From: Lama glama
Taxonomy: Eukaryota
Direction of reading: 5' to 3'
Length of the DNA: 64,000 nt
Assembly: GCA_028534125.1 (NCBI GenBank)
Contig: CM052817.1
Span: forward strand, 95,792,001 to 95,856,000
In this document: positions 38,721-51,639 of the stretch, piece after piece
Numbering within the stretch: position 1 is the stretch's first letter
Layout: each line of letters begins with the position of its first letter
Notes under the pieces: generated by a model
Told to the model about the DNA's origin: nothing
What the model saw: only the letters and a program-made list of their open reading frames with translations
Database searches by the model: none
Program-made: the position numbers and the translations under genes

Positions 38721-39413
38721 AGGGCCAGTGAGTAAGATATGCCTTCATCAACCAGAGAGGCTTTGTAAGTCTCTATCCCACAGAAGCAGGTGAAAATAAG
38801 TCATCTTCTTCATTTATACTCCTTTGTTATAATTTTACCTAAATAAGGAGTAGCCTTCTTGCTAGATCCTTTTCTATCTTACCTATCTTATAGGTCACCT
38901 AGGATTTTAAAAGCTGGAATATTGATGTATTTGGCAGTCTGTGACCCAGCTGGTTATTGCATCACTTTGACCTCTCAAACTCTGGTAGTTTGCACCACAA
39001 GCATCACTAAATTAAGGGGCAAGGCTGGAGCATCAAGAAAGGTTAGTTGGCTCCAGCCCTTGGAATGCTCTGTGGGGGTGTTAGTTTAGGTATCAGAGCG
39101 TCTAGGAGGTGGGACTGCTGTTATCTCTCCTGAAATCTAGCCTTCATGGCTTCTGGCCTCTTGATTAAAGAATTTCAATGTGCAGTGAAATAAGGGGCAA
39201 TTGGAGAGGCAGAGACGAGCATTTGACATGAACTAGCTTGAAAGGGCACCACAGAAAGGATCCTGGCACTAGATCTTATAGGACTGATAATAACAAGGAA
39301 TTCTCTTTCCAGTAATAATCTAGTAGAATACGGGGACAGTTACAAATCCACCCTAAGGTTTAGGGCACTCTCTCGCTGGTTAGTTTTGAGTATTTCAATT
39401 AACAAGTATTGGA

Positions 39414-39702
39414 AATTGGCTCACAGACATAGAAAATAAACTGTGGTTACCTGAGGAGAAAGCAGGGAGGAGGAATAGATTAGGAATTTGGGATTAATAG
39501 ATATACACTACTGTATATAAAATAGATAAACAACAAGGACCTACTGAATACTACAGGGGACTATATTCAGTTTCTTATAATGAGCTGTAATGGAAAAGAA
39601 TCTGAAAAATACATATATGTGTAACTGAATTGCTTTGCTGTACACATGAAACTGACATTATAAATTGACTACACTTCAATAAAAAATAAGAATTAAACCA
39701 AA
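39414..39702 (+). mobile_element. L1 3' end
   Basis: CTCACAGACATAGAAAATAAACTGTGGTTACC...AATAAAAAA. TSD AAGTATTGGA at 39404-39413 and 39703-39712. Confidence 0.88.
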
Positions 39703-40076
39703 AAGTATTGGAGAGCTTACTTTTTTCTCCAAAGAAAATATGTTAAAATTGCTTCTGCAGACCCAGTCTGGTAAAGACAAGGGGGAAAAAATTTTTAAAT
39801 CCCGGTTTGAAAAAAAAGTTAATTACATAGTGAATAGAGTTAATCACAGTTTACAACACCCCCAGATAAAAATGTATGATGAAGATTCTAAAAAAATATA
39901 TCTGGTAGCCAAATACCTGTCAAGTTATGAGGTTTGTTATTTTTATTTTAAAGGAGTTAAATAATGAAGAATTGTTGTACATAAAAGGCTAGACAAACAA
40001 ATTCTTCAAAATCTGTTGAATACAGTTTAGCTAAAGTTATTATGTATTATCATGAAGTAAAATTCCTGCATATCTT

Positions 40077-40245
40077 CTTTTTAAATTTTTGTTTTAAAGT
40101 CTTTATTGGCTATTTAAATTTTACAGGCTATATATTCTTTTATTTTATTTTATTTTATTTTTAATGGAGGTACAGGGGATTGAACCAGGACCTCAGACAT
40201 GCTAAGCATGCACTCTACCACTGAGCTATACCCTCCCCTCCCCAG
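40077..40245 (-). mobile_element. tRNA-Ala-derived SINE (Vic-1-like) with an extended tail
   Basis: Body ATGGAGGTACAGGGGATTGAACCAGGACCTCAGACATGCTAAGCATGCACTCTACCACTGAGCTATACCC. TSD TTCCTGCATATCTT (40063-40076) / TTCCTGCGTGTCTT (40246-40259). Confidence 0.88.
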
Positions 40246-40364
40246 TTCCTGCGTGTCTTGACTTGGGGATATAATTCAAGGAATCAGGCTTTGGCCTGGC
40301 ACAAGATCAAGGTCATGTGCAGGCCAAGTGCTGACAAGGCTTGGAAGTCATGAGAACGATCTTC

Positions 40365-41070
40365 ATTGCTCATGGGGTGGGAGTCAGTCCAAGATGGGAA
40401 ACAATTTGGCAATATCAAAAATCTGAAAATGCACATACCCTAGGGCCCAGAAATTCCATTTCAAGAAACACTTCCTAGAGAAACTTTCACACATGTGCAC
40501 AAGGGGATATGCAGAAAGAATCGTCACTACATTATTATTGATAATAGCAACATTAAAAAAAATCTAAATAGCCACCACTAGGAAGTGTGGAAGAACCAAA
40601 TAATAGAATAATGAATTGTTGGAAAGAGTAAGCCAGAGCTACAGGTTCTGAATCTATCAACAAGAATAAAGCTTATAAATATAACTGTGAGTATAAAAAC
40701 CAAGCTACCAAAAGTATACACACATCATGATACCACCAATGAAAGAAGGTGAAACAAGCAGTACATCATATGTCACTATGAACACATTCATACACATTAT
40801 CAATAAAAATACAAAAACAAGATGGGCAAGGATGCACCCCCACTTCAGGCTCTTGGTCGATGTTGCAGGAGGAGGAAGTGGGAATCCGTTTTGGGTGGGT
40901 GGGTGATTTCCCTTTTGTCTATAACATTTTATTCTTAAGTTAAAAGGTTTAGAGGTAAATACAGCAAAATGATAACATGTATTACACGTTGGTGGTGGGT
41001 ATGTGAAAAATTGATGTGTTATTTCTATTTTTATGTTTGTATTTTCATAATGAAATAACAAATATTTAAA
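40365..41070 (+). mobile_element. Old L1ME-like 3' fragment
   Basis: GGAAACAATTTGGCAATATC...AAATGCACATACCC...CCCAGAAATTCCATTTC...; GTAAATACAGCAAAATGATAACAT. Confidence 0.65.
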
Positions 41071-41178
41071 AGGAGAATGGGCCTGAGAGAGAGATCTAGG
41101 TCCCAGTTTGTTTCCCATTATTTATTAGCTGTAGGTCCACGGGCCAGTTGTGTAACCTCACTAAGCTCCGACCTCCCA

Positions 41179-41678
41179 NNNNNNNNNNNNNNNNNNNNNN
41201 NNNNNNNNNNNNNNNNNNNNNNNNNNNNNNNNNNNNNNNNNNNNNNNNNNNNNNNNNNNNNNNNNNNNNNNNNNNNNNNNNNNNNNNNNNNNNNNNNNNN
41301 NNNNNNNNNNNNNNNNNNNNNNNNNNNNNNNNNNNNNNNNNNNNNNNNNNNNNNNNNNNNNNNNNNNNNNNNNNNNNNNNNNNNNNNNNNNNNNNNNNNN
41401 NNNNNNNNNNNNNNNNNNNNNNNNNNNNNNNNNNNNNNNNNNNNNNNNNNNNNNNNNNNNNNNNNNNNNNNNNNNNNNNNNNNNNNNNNNNNNNNNNNNN
41501 NNNNNNNNNNNNNNNNNNNNNNNNNNNNNNNNNNNNNNNNNNNNNNNNNNNNNNNNNNNNNNNNNNNNNNNNNNNNNNNNNNNNNNNNNNNNNNNNNNNN
41601 NNNNNNNNNNNNNNNNNNNNNNNNNNNNNNNNNNNNNNNNNNNNNNNNNNNNNNNNNNNNNNNNNNNNNNNNNNNNNN
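41179..41678. other. Assembly gap (500 N)
   Basis: Run of N characters. Confidence 1.
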
Positions 41679-43139
41679 ATTGAGGAATCTACAGCTCTTT
41701 CCATAATCTATTGCCTCTGTGAGTCTTTAGATTTCAAATTAACCCCTTCCAGGCAGAGATAGTTGGATATTTTGAGAAGTCTTACAACCAGAGACCTAAA
41801 TTAAACCCTTAAACCCTGCTGGCTTCAGGGAGTGGTTGCTGTCTGTGAGGCAAACCAGTGATTCTCAATTCAGTTTATGGGATCATCTCTGAAGTTCATT
41901 CTTGATTGGTAGTTTGTGAAGAGGAACTGAGATTTCAGAGACAGTTACTTATCTCTGCAGAAGTGACCATCAAAACCAGGGTGGGCTTCTTCAGGGCATC
42001 CCAGTAAGTGAAAAATGTAACACACTTGCACTGGGCAGTCAGCTCACTCTGTGGAGTCAGAAAGACTCAGAGAACTCAGCCTCTCAAAGCAGACAAATCA
42101 AGAACTTTTCATAGGATGAGATTAACTCCTTTTTCATTCATAAAAGGCTAAAATACAAATATCTCTATATTTATCCCACTGACAGATGAAGAGACATGAC
42201 ACAAGGCTTCCTCTCTTGCTTTTGACACAACGCTGTAGACTGTATATGATAACTTTCCAAAGGATGCTGTGAAATGATTTTATGGAGGGAGTTTATCTGT
42301 AAATCAGTAAGTCTAGGCCCTACGACTTGTGGCTTTCTATGGATTAATTCAAATGAGAATAGCCACACTCAACAAGCCCAGGAAAGGCTTGGATATGTGA
42401 CAAACTATCCAATTACCAGAAGCAAAAGAGGAAAATTTCCAGGGAGGTGGCTGGAGCCCAGACACCCCGCTGTACCAGTTTGCTGTGCTCTGCATAGTGC
42501 ATCCCAGCTGCCGCCTTGCCTGCGGGGCCTGCACTGTGGCTTTCTCAGTGGAGGGGGAAGTCTAGGTGAGATCAGTCAATGATTGCAGGTACCTAGACAT
42601 AAAACTAAGCCAGGGAACAGGCTCTGGAGTTCCTAGTGGCAAAGAATTGTATTCGGCAGTGTTGTCGGAGAAGGAACTTGGGGCACTCAGCTATCTAGCG
42701 GGGCAAAGCCATGTAACTTATAACAAAATTCTCAAGGGGAAATTTCATCCTTTCTCCACCTCCCCCCTCCCTTAAAAAATCTAGACCATGTTACAAAAGT
42801 TAACAACTTAACAACCAATAGCTGTGTGTCAAAGCTGATGGCAGGTGCCCTCAGGAACAAAAGGTCAGTTTGGACTCCATCACCCAGAAAATTACCTAAC
42901 GGGAGCCTGGGCCACGGGAAATTGCAATTCAAAATGAAACCAAATCTTCATTCAGTATCAGATCCAATGAGCATTAAAGGGAATCCCTGCCTTTATGATC
43001 ATTCTGTTGAAGGAGATGGGAAAGACTCCTGGTCTTTTGGGGATTTCTCGGCTTAGGGCTAGGATGCTTTCCTTCCTAGCTGTCTGCAGGCACCCTGTAC
43101 TCTGTGTGGGACATGTTGGTTGCTGGTTCCTTCTGGAAT

Positions 43140-43615
43140 TGTTACTGAATGTAAGTTGGTGTGCCCGACACACAGTGAGGCCAGACAAACCAAAAACCTC
43201 GAAGCCCAGAGCAGAGAAAGGTTTATTGCAGGACTGAGCAAGGAGAACAGGATGGTCCATCCTCAAAAAACCCCCAAACTTCTCAAAGAGTTTCATCAAA
43301 GCCTACTTAACGGTCAAGTGAAGGAGACGGTTGCAAGGTACATGATCAGCTCGTGCACAGTCCCCTGATTGGCTGATGTGGAGGTAACGGGGCGGTCAAT
43401 ACTATCAACCCTGGGCACCAGAAGGTCTGGGTGCCACGTGTTCACGCTGATCAAGTCGTTAATTTCTCACATTTGGTGGTGGTTTTTAGCATCTGAAAAA
43501 CTCAGGAAATATGCATGAGGAACTATTATCTGGGTACTTCAGAGAGGAGCTGCAGCAGAGGATACGGGGGAGGGGTCTGTCCTGGGAAGGCCCCACAGGG
43601 TCCTGCTCAGTTACA
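43140..43615 (-). mobile_element. ERV1-type solo LTR (476 bp)
   Basis: Termini TGTTAC...GTTACA, near-TSD GAAT/GAGT, and minus-strand AATAAA (TTTATT at 43222-43227) near the left end. Confidence 0.8.
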
Positions 43616-44539
43616 GAGTCACCATCAGATGCTCACAGAAAACAGGCCAGTGCCTGAGCCACTTCTTACCACTGAACATAGCCAGGCACTAGAGTGGTTT
43701 TGGATGTGTCCAGGACGCCTGGGACCGTGTAGCACAGGCAGGCGGTGGTGACTTACCTGCTGGAGTCACTAACCTAGCCAGAAACGTTGTGTCCTCGGAC
43801 CCCACAAGTTTGAGACCAATGTCAGCCTTTGTCAAACAAACACGAGGAGCCCAGTATCCCCAAGGCCATGAAGGGCTGACTTAGCCACTCCGAGCTGGTT
43901 TCCCTTGTAAGGACCTTTACCGTTTTTCCCTAGAGCCAAAAAGTAAATAGGATTGAAACCTCGTGGCCCTCCAGACATCTTCTTAAAGACATCTTTGTTT
44001 GGTAAACGAAACCACAGCTGAGAGAGGACAGGCCACTGCAGTGGGCATCACTACATGGGAAGGAGGTCAAGTTGCCTTTGCCCTTCTGCTCCCAGATCTT
44101 TATTGCCTGTGGCCGGAGGCAAACACTTGCGACCCTACCAGTGACCCTATATAGAAACCCCAGCACAGTAAAGTCCGCTACATTGAATCTAATTTGGGTA
44201 CATGATAAGAAACAGTTTCGCAATCAGTTTTTTAGAAGTAGAAAAAGTTGCTTTCCCATTTAGTTGAAATTCTGCAGACAGCTTTAAAAATCTTAGACAT
44301 GGAGGCCAAGGTCCCAGGCTCAATTTATATAAAGGCGAGTCAGTTCACTGAGGTGCAAAGTCTTAAATTCTACCTCCGTCCTGTAACTATCCTCTGCCAA
44401 TGTGCCGTTTTATAAGTACTTTTCATCAGTCAGAAGAGGAGGTTGCTGATAAACAGGAATGAATCAGCATACACCGCACCAGCTCAAAATGAAGCATGAA
44501 TTGTAGAGCATGTTTCATGGGCAAAGACATTGCTAGTTA

Positions 44540-45077
44540 CGTGGCAGATTGTATTTCTCAAAGAGAAATATGATGTATGTTCTTATGATGTATCTTTGAC
44601 ACTCCTCCTGTTGAGGGGAGGAGTCTGCCTTAAAAGTGGAGGTGTTTTGTGACTCTTTGGACCAACAGAATACAGCAGAAGAGACTCCATGAGACTTCTG
44701 AGGCTGGTTTATTAAAGTCTTTGGCTTTGTATGCTGGAACACTCACTCAAACAGTCTTTACCCACACTGTAAGTTGTCTTGTTACTGAAACTGCCATGCT
44801 GTGAGGAAGCACAAGTAACCCACGCAGAGATGCCATTCTAGCCTGGCCCCGTGACCACACGCATAGAAAGGGAGATGCCTCGCTAACGCCCAGCTGCATA
44901 ATAAGCCCACTGCTCCAGCCACCATCTGACTGCAACCTTGAGAGAGACCCTGATCCAGAAACACCCCGATCTGCCCCAAATTCTCACCCACAGAGACTGT
45001 GGGATATAATAAAATGATTGCTATTTAAATAACTAGGTTTTGGGGTGATTTGTTATGAAACAATAGACAGCAGAAAA
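44540..45077 (+). mobile_element. MLT1 (MLT1F/G/H-like) LTR
   Basis: GTGGCAGATTGTATTT...GACCAACAGAATACAGCAGAAG...CCATGCTGTGAGGAAGC...TTTTGGGGTGATTTGTTATGAAACAATAGA. Confidence 0.75.
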
Positions 45078-45139
45078 GAGCTTAGTTATTTGGCCCCTGA
45101 TTACATTGGTATTTGTGCAATTTAAAAGAAATTTAAGTA

Positions 45140-45345
45140 GTTGGAGATCGTGGACTCTGCCTAGGTTCAAATACCAGATCCATAACCGTATGACCTTGGG
45201 AAGATCACCTGTCTCAGCCTCAGTCAACTCATTTACAGATTGGAGGCGACAACTGTGGTAACTTCACGGGGTCTGTATGAGGATTCAATTCATTCATATT
45301 CATTAAATGCATACAACAGTACCTGACAAATAGTAAGTGTTAGCA
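45140..45345 (+). mobile_element. MIR SINE
   Basis: CTGCCTAGGTTCAAATACCAG...TGACCTTGGGAAGATCACCTGTCTCAGCCTCAG...AGTACCTGACAAATAGTAAGTG. Confidence 0.75.
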
Positions 45346-48300
45346 GGCGAATTCCAAGTTGTGTTGGAGCCTGATGCATATACAATTTGGTTTCTCTTTA
45401 AACCCAAATACACAAAATTACAAATACTAGAAACACTCAGGGTTAGGCATGTGTCAGGTGCTAGGGACCTAATAGAATCGAGGTATTTTCCCTGCCTTCT
45501 AGAAACTTCTATTCCACAAGAGAAGGCAGAAAAATAAACAGACATTTACAAGTGAGTCAGATTATTTTTGAAAACAGCTGTCTTTGGGCACTCTCATTTA
45601 TTTTGAAAGGAGTATAAATTGGCCTTCCTGGAGAGAAATGGGGTAATAACTATAGCAAAATATCCTTTAAAATGTGAAAATCATTGCACATATATAGTGA
45701 CTCTCCACTGGGAGATTTATCTAAGGAAACAGATAAGCATTCACAAAACCACCACACACACATATTGAAATATATGTTGTTACTGTAGCAAAGAATTTAA
45801 AATACATGGTTGTTCAATAATGCGAGGATTAACTAAATTGTGGCTGAGGATTACACTGTTACTCAAATGATTTTCTATTCACTGACATGTAAAGATCTTC
45901 CCTAAGTGTAATTAAATGAGGAAAAAAAGATTATATAACAGTGAGCATTATACTCAGTAAGAGAACGAAAGGGACGGCGATGACGGCCGTGGCCCAGAGA
46001 GCTCCGTCCTCCTGCTGTTTTGCTTGGAGTGGTAAAATAACTGGCAAAATTTGAGTTTTTCTCTTTTATCTGTAATTTATCTGCAGAAAACACATTTTCA
46101 TATTTATGTTTTTAAACAAGTAAAGAAGCTTTTAGAAAAGAATGACTACACTTCACTCAGGGTAATAAACCTGTCTCGTTCAATGTTCGCATTTGCCCTC
46201 ACTTCTTGGTCCACCTTCAATACAAACACATATTGAGTAAACCATCAGTTTTTCCAGACTTGGAATCACCTTCTGGCTTGGTCTGAGACGTGTTGGAAGA
46301 GTAGGTAAAGGGCAAGTTTGTGAGCCAGGACAGGACGTGAGCTAAGGAGACACACACTTTTTGGAAGACTGCTTGTCCCTCCAAATCCAGATCCACGTGT
46401 GGAGCATAACTATGATCTAAAGTGTGGATATAAAATGTTAACGGTATTGATAGAAAATAGCACATCATCTCTGTGGTTTCATTGGATCGATTTCCTTGGA
46501 AGGAATCAGGTGTGTTCATCTCCATCGCCTTTGCTGCTCTCACCTTCACGGCAGCTGCCACTATGCGAACTGTCTGAGGTAGGTGGTGATGGTGAGGGGC
46601 CTTCATTTTTCAGGGATGGAATAAGAGGCTTAAATCTTTGGGCTTATAAATATTTCGAGCATACAAGTGAAATAAATTTTATCCCACGTCACTCTTACGT
46701 CCTTCTTCCCTCACCCCATCTTTTTTTGTTGTTGTTGCAAACAGGTCCTATTTTATTCCTTGATGTGAATGAGATGAACAGAGTCAAGTGTAATCTACTC
46801 TTAACCCCATACAACAGGAAGGCTAGTCAGTTAGGCTGCTCTGCTCCTTTGGGCAAGTGGGCACGTCTCCGTCTGGGAAAGCCATTGCACCTAGAGAAAC
46901 CTGCACTCTCTCCTCATACCTGGCACTGATGCCAACATTTCATGAGATTTATTCCTTTAAGCTATTAAAGAACTCCACCTTATTAAAATGCGCATGAGCA
47001 AAATCGCATATTGCATCTGCTATTACCACCTGATCAGAAATGAATTTATAAGGTCTCTGCCATGATGACACTTCACTGAGAAACTGGGGAAGAGACCAAA
47101 AGCACAGGAATTATCTTAGAGGATACTTAGAGGGTAGACGCTGGAACCCACAGCCAAGGCTGAGTGCCATGCGGACACTTGGGAGGAACACACCGGTAAG
47201 AATTCCAGTGTTGTCAGCGGATGAGACCAGAATGAGGAGCAGCTCGGCAGGGAAACTCTGGGAAGACACCAAGGACAACAACTTTCTTCAAACAGCTCTT
47301 GCCTTGGTGCTTGTTACCCACATGGGAGGCTAAAGGCGCCATCTTAGAGGCTCAATTTCCCCTGCTGAGAGGACAGGCTCATCCCTTCCTCACATACCTT
47401 CTCTACAGAAACCTTGCTTCTGGTGTGTCTTCCAGTGAATGTCCTTTTTATTCTGTGGCACAAGGTCTGACTTGCCATGGCCTTCTCAGACTGAGGGTGG
47501 GTGAGCTATGGGGACCTACCTCATCATTGCCACCATTATGATGATCCTTGCAAATCCCTGTCAGATGCAAATATTCAGCTGTAGTACTGGCATTTGTCTT
47601 GCAAATGGTCAAAGGAGGAAAATAATCCCTGCCTGAGTTTTGTTGAGCAGTTGTACCCAGACGAAAGTTTCACTCATCCTAGCATGACACTCTGTGCAGG
47701 GTTTGTGTGAAATTCACAGCCTCATACTTTGTCAATAATATCTCTAAGTTAGGCAAGTGCTCTGGGGGCAACAGAAAGTTGCTAGTGGTTTAGGAATGAA
47801 GGAACTTCAAAGATGGAATGAGGCCATGCACAGCCAAGGCTTCCTCAGCTCCAGCGAGTGGAGATTAATAAAATATTATTCTTTAAAATACATACATACA
47901 TCTTAAGAATACAAAAGTCATCTGCCTTTCTATTTTGAAATAGCAACCAATTTTCTCTATAATAGGTTTCCTCTAGAATCTCTTTCTGTCTTGATTTTTG
48001 AATTTTTATCAGTGTACTGTTGAATTTTGCTGACAATAAAATATTCTCAAAATATCTTCTTAAGGTATTTGGGGTCGGGGAGTTGGGGCCCATAAGACTC
48101 TAGTTTTCCTTCATGTGTATTTAGGGAGTAACCTATGTGCTGAAGGCAGAACTCATGTGTTCTTTGTCTAGCTAAGAAAGTGAAAAGTTAAGTTTCAGTG
48201 AAGGTTCTGAGATCTTTGTTGCTGCTGAATAGGAATGGATGCAAAAGCTCAGCTCTGGAAGAAATCATCACTTTCAGGCATATAATCATGAAATGATGAA

Positions 48301-50928
48301 GAAATGTTGATTAATTAATGGCGTGATTGCAAAATGGGAGAAAAAGTTTCCAAAAGTGTTCAGATTCTGATTCTTGTAGAGTTCACATCAAGGAAATTCA
48401 CTTACTTTCATATTTTAAAATTTATTTAAGCTGTGATTCTCAGAGGATCTTATCTCTGGGACCAACTGAGTATGCAATCGGGTGGCCCTGTGTTCACCTA
48501 TGTATATTTAGGAGTCCTTTTCTTTGCCAGGCACTGAACAAATACATAAAAATTAAAAAGAGAACAAGGTGTCATTAAGATATAAAGTTAGAGAGGACCC
48601 ATAGTCTAGCAAATGCCTCTATTAATTATTCACTACCTCCCCTACCCAGTGTGATTAGAGTAACATTCACCTTGGCTCTGGACTCGGTTGGAAGCTGTGA
48701 TTGCCCTCACCATGTTTTGTGTCCTCTGCAACCCACGTGTCTCCATTCTCCAGCATAAATCAGAAAGCCATGCTCCTCCTTGGCAGGAAGGATTCTTCTC
48801 AGCTGAGCTTTTTAGAAGACCCTGGAGGACAGAGGATATTATTCTTTGCTCTAGTTACAACTGATGAAGATGGATGTTGGTTCCTCAAATTCTGTTGGGG
48901 ACAGTTATGAAAAGAAGACAATGCTATATGTTTTGAGGCAGCTGATCATTCTCTCGGTGTGGGTGACTTTCTAGAAATGTGTCCGGACGTTGCTGCAGGC
49001 TTTGTCACAACAGAAACACCTAGGTAGTCTCTGCTTCTGAGTGTTTTAGGTAACAACAGATGTGCTTCTTATTGCAGTGCCTTCAGCGACTGCAGAGACA
49101 TTCATCTCTCCTGATGTTAGAGACAGAAAAAGCCAACTCCTTAAGTAAAACAAAATTGAGAGCAAAGCGCTAATGGTAATATATTGGTAATTTCCAGCTA
49201 CGTTATGTTCACTAATCTGACTGTGAAAAAACAGCTTCTAATGTGAAAAGTTACAGAGAGGTAACATCCAGTCTTAAATTTTTGTTTTCTCCTTGGATTG
49301 AAGGCCTGAGGTGCTGGAGTTGTTCTTGAACTTGACCCTACAAGTTTATAACATGTTGCATTTTAACTACACCACAGTGCTTGTGGGAGAAACCTTTACA
49401 CCAAAAGAAGCATGTGGATTTGATAACCCTCCTTGGAAATCAAGGACATCTCTTTTTTGGCTGTCAACATTTTTTTTTTTGACAGTCTAAACAGAAAGCA
49501 CTGGCCCAATTCATTAATGTTTTGGAATGAATTTAGTTATGATGTATCATAATAGAAATGGATTGTGGGGGGGGTGGTTTTGGTAGTTGAAAAGATGAAC
49601 ATTTTCACCTTATCAGTTAAAATCACATTAGTAAGAAATATTTTGAAAATTGACTTTACTTTAAATAAACTTGGTGGCAGGTATTCAAGCAGAGAAAACA
49701 CCTCACAGATGTAGGAGTGCACTTTTAAGAATTAGAAGAACCACATACCTTGGAAATTATTTGGTGATATCTAAAATATTCCTAATTTTTTATACATTGT
49801 ATTTTATTTATGTGAGCTGGCCATCCAGTTTTAATTAGTTTCGCTGCGGTAGAATTAGCTTGAAGTCGATTCATTCCACTGCAAGATGAATAGCATCCTT
49901 ATGTACCACAGATTTCCAACACCAACTATAATTCACAAAAGCCCAATACAACTCTTTTCTTTGTAGCTGGGTAACCATTTATGTTTGAGGTGAAGATGTT
50001 AATATGGAAATTTTGTGAGCTAGGAAAGAGGACGAATACTATCATTCTAATTTATGACCTTTCATATAAGGCCAAATGTAAAGGCAACTTCAATTGTTTT
50101 ATATCTCAGGGCCAGCACATAGCAGATGTATGAAATTTGGAGTGTCAGACATAAACTTTTATTACCGAATTATAAATAATTTCTCCCACTTACAATGTTC
50201 ACCTTTCAAGTTCATCTTGATTAAAATACAAGGGCAGCGTTGCACCAATTTCCCTGCATTTTACAGCCGAGAGAGGTTTTCTAGAGTTCACAGTGGAGCA
50301 GAAAGCATGACAGCATTTGGGAGATTTTCCTCATAGGAGTTCAGACCCTGCGCCCAATGTGATTACAGTAACGTCCACCCTGGCTCTGGACTCAGCCGGA
50401 AGTTCTGATTGTGATTCAAGTTTTACCAAAACGATGGCCAATGAAGTCTGAACCTTTATTTAAACATCTCAAATGTTATCTCTGAAACCAAGTGCCCATG
50501 ATGTAGAATATATCCCGTCTTTTGGTAAAAATAAAAGGCACCACTGCCTTTGCTGAGGAATTTGCCCATTAGTCCGTAAATTTATATTACTTCTCAGAAG
50601 ATATTCAACAACAATTCTTTCTTCTTGTTTTAACAAGTAAGTTTCACATCCTATAATAGAAGGTAGATGACAGTGGTCCAAATACCCAAACTTAGAATGT
50701 GACGGCTTAGGTGTTTTTATTGTCCAGTCTGACGGTCCAAGTGCATATCCGCACATCATATGACTAACACGTTGCTGGAACAACACTGCCAGTATTACTA
50801 CACTGATTTAGGTGTTAAAATCTGCTTTGGAGAATGTGAACCAATCCAGTTTCATGTTTGTGTCTCTCTTCGTCACCATCCTCAACATAATACAATCACC
50901 CACGTGTCCGCAGGGCTAGACCTGAGAC

Positions 50929-51534
50929 TGTGACCGAGCCACAGACGTGAGGCTGTTTCCCGGATACACAGCATCCAAACGCTAAGATGCTGAGACTTGC
51001 AGCAGAGGAGAGGTGTATTCACAAGTTAGCCAAGTGAGCAGGGAGAACAAATTTTAAAACCATCCTCCTCAAAGGTGAGGGGCTTGGGATATTTATGGGA
51101 TAGAGCTGAGATGTGGGGAGACTGAGGAAAGATGGTTGGAGATAGGAACAAGGTGAAGTAATCGTTCTGTGCAGGTGCAAGTAAACGACAGACTTCTTTG
51201 TGGGGCGCACGTTCAGAAAATGGTCAGCATGTTCTGAGGATGGAGTTTTGGGTCCTCTGACGTCAAAAGATTGGACACTTGCACAAGCCTAATGGGAAAG
51301 TCAGTGGTCCTAATCAGTCTTAACCTGCTTGAGCTTGAACTGGACACAGCTAAATTCAAATTTCTGAAAAAAAAAAAACAAAAAAACAACTTGAGCAAAC
51401 ATCTTATTGTTTAGGCTACATGACGCTTGGAGGACATGCACGTTTTCGTAAAAACGATTAAAGGGAGCATGATCAGTGAAAGTGGATTACAGTTTATTCT
51501 TTATTTGGCTAACTGACGACTAGCCTTGGTTTCA
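50929..51534 (-). mobile_element. ERV1-type solo LTR (about 606 bp)
   Basis: TG...CA termini (TGTGACC...GGTTTCA), near-TSD AGAC/ATAC, and GCAGCAGAGGAGAGGTGTATT resembling the LTR at 43.2 kb. Confidence 0.65.
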
Positions 51535-51639
51535 ATACCTTCTCTTATGAACATGAAACACTGAAGGACATAATTTTTAAAAGGTGTATGTACAAAAAAC
51601 TGCAGAAGTTTGGAACGAAAAAAATGAAATGACAAACCT

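Noticed and set aside
41077..41762. ORFs of about 200 aa spanning the N run
   Set aside because: Artefacts of the assembly gap.
46217..46929. 129-aa and 176-aa ORFs in apparently unique DNA
   Set aside because: No similarity to any protein I recognise, and the lengths are within chance expectation for a 64-kb window.
50469..50786. 105-aa minus-strand ORF in unique sequence as a gene or viral insertion
   Set aside because: Non-ATG start, no recognisable motif and no supporting splice or promoter context. It cannot be supported without a search.
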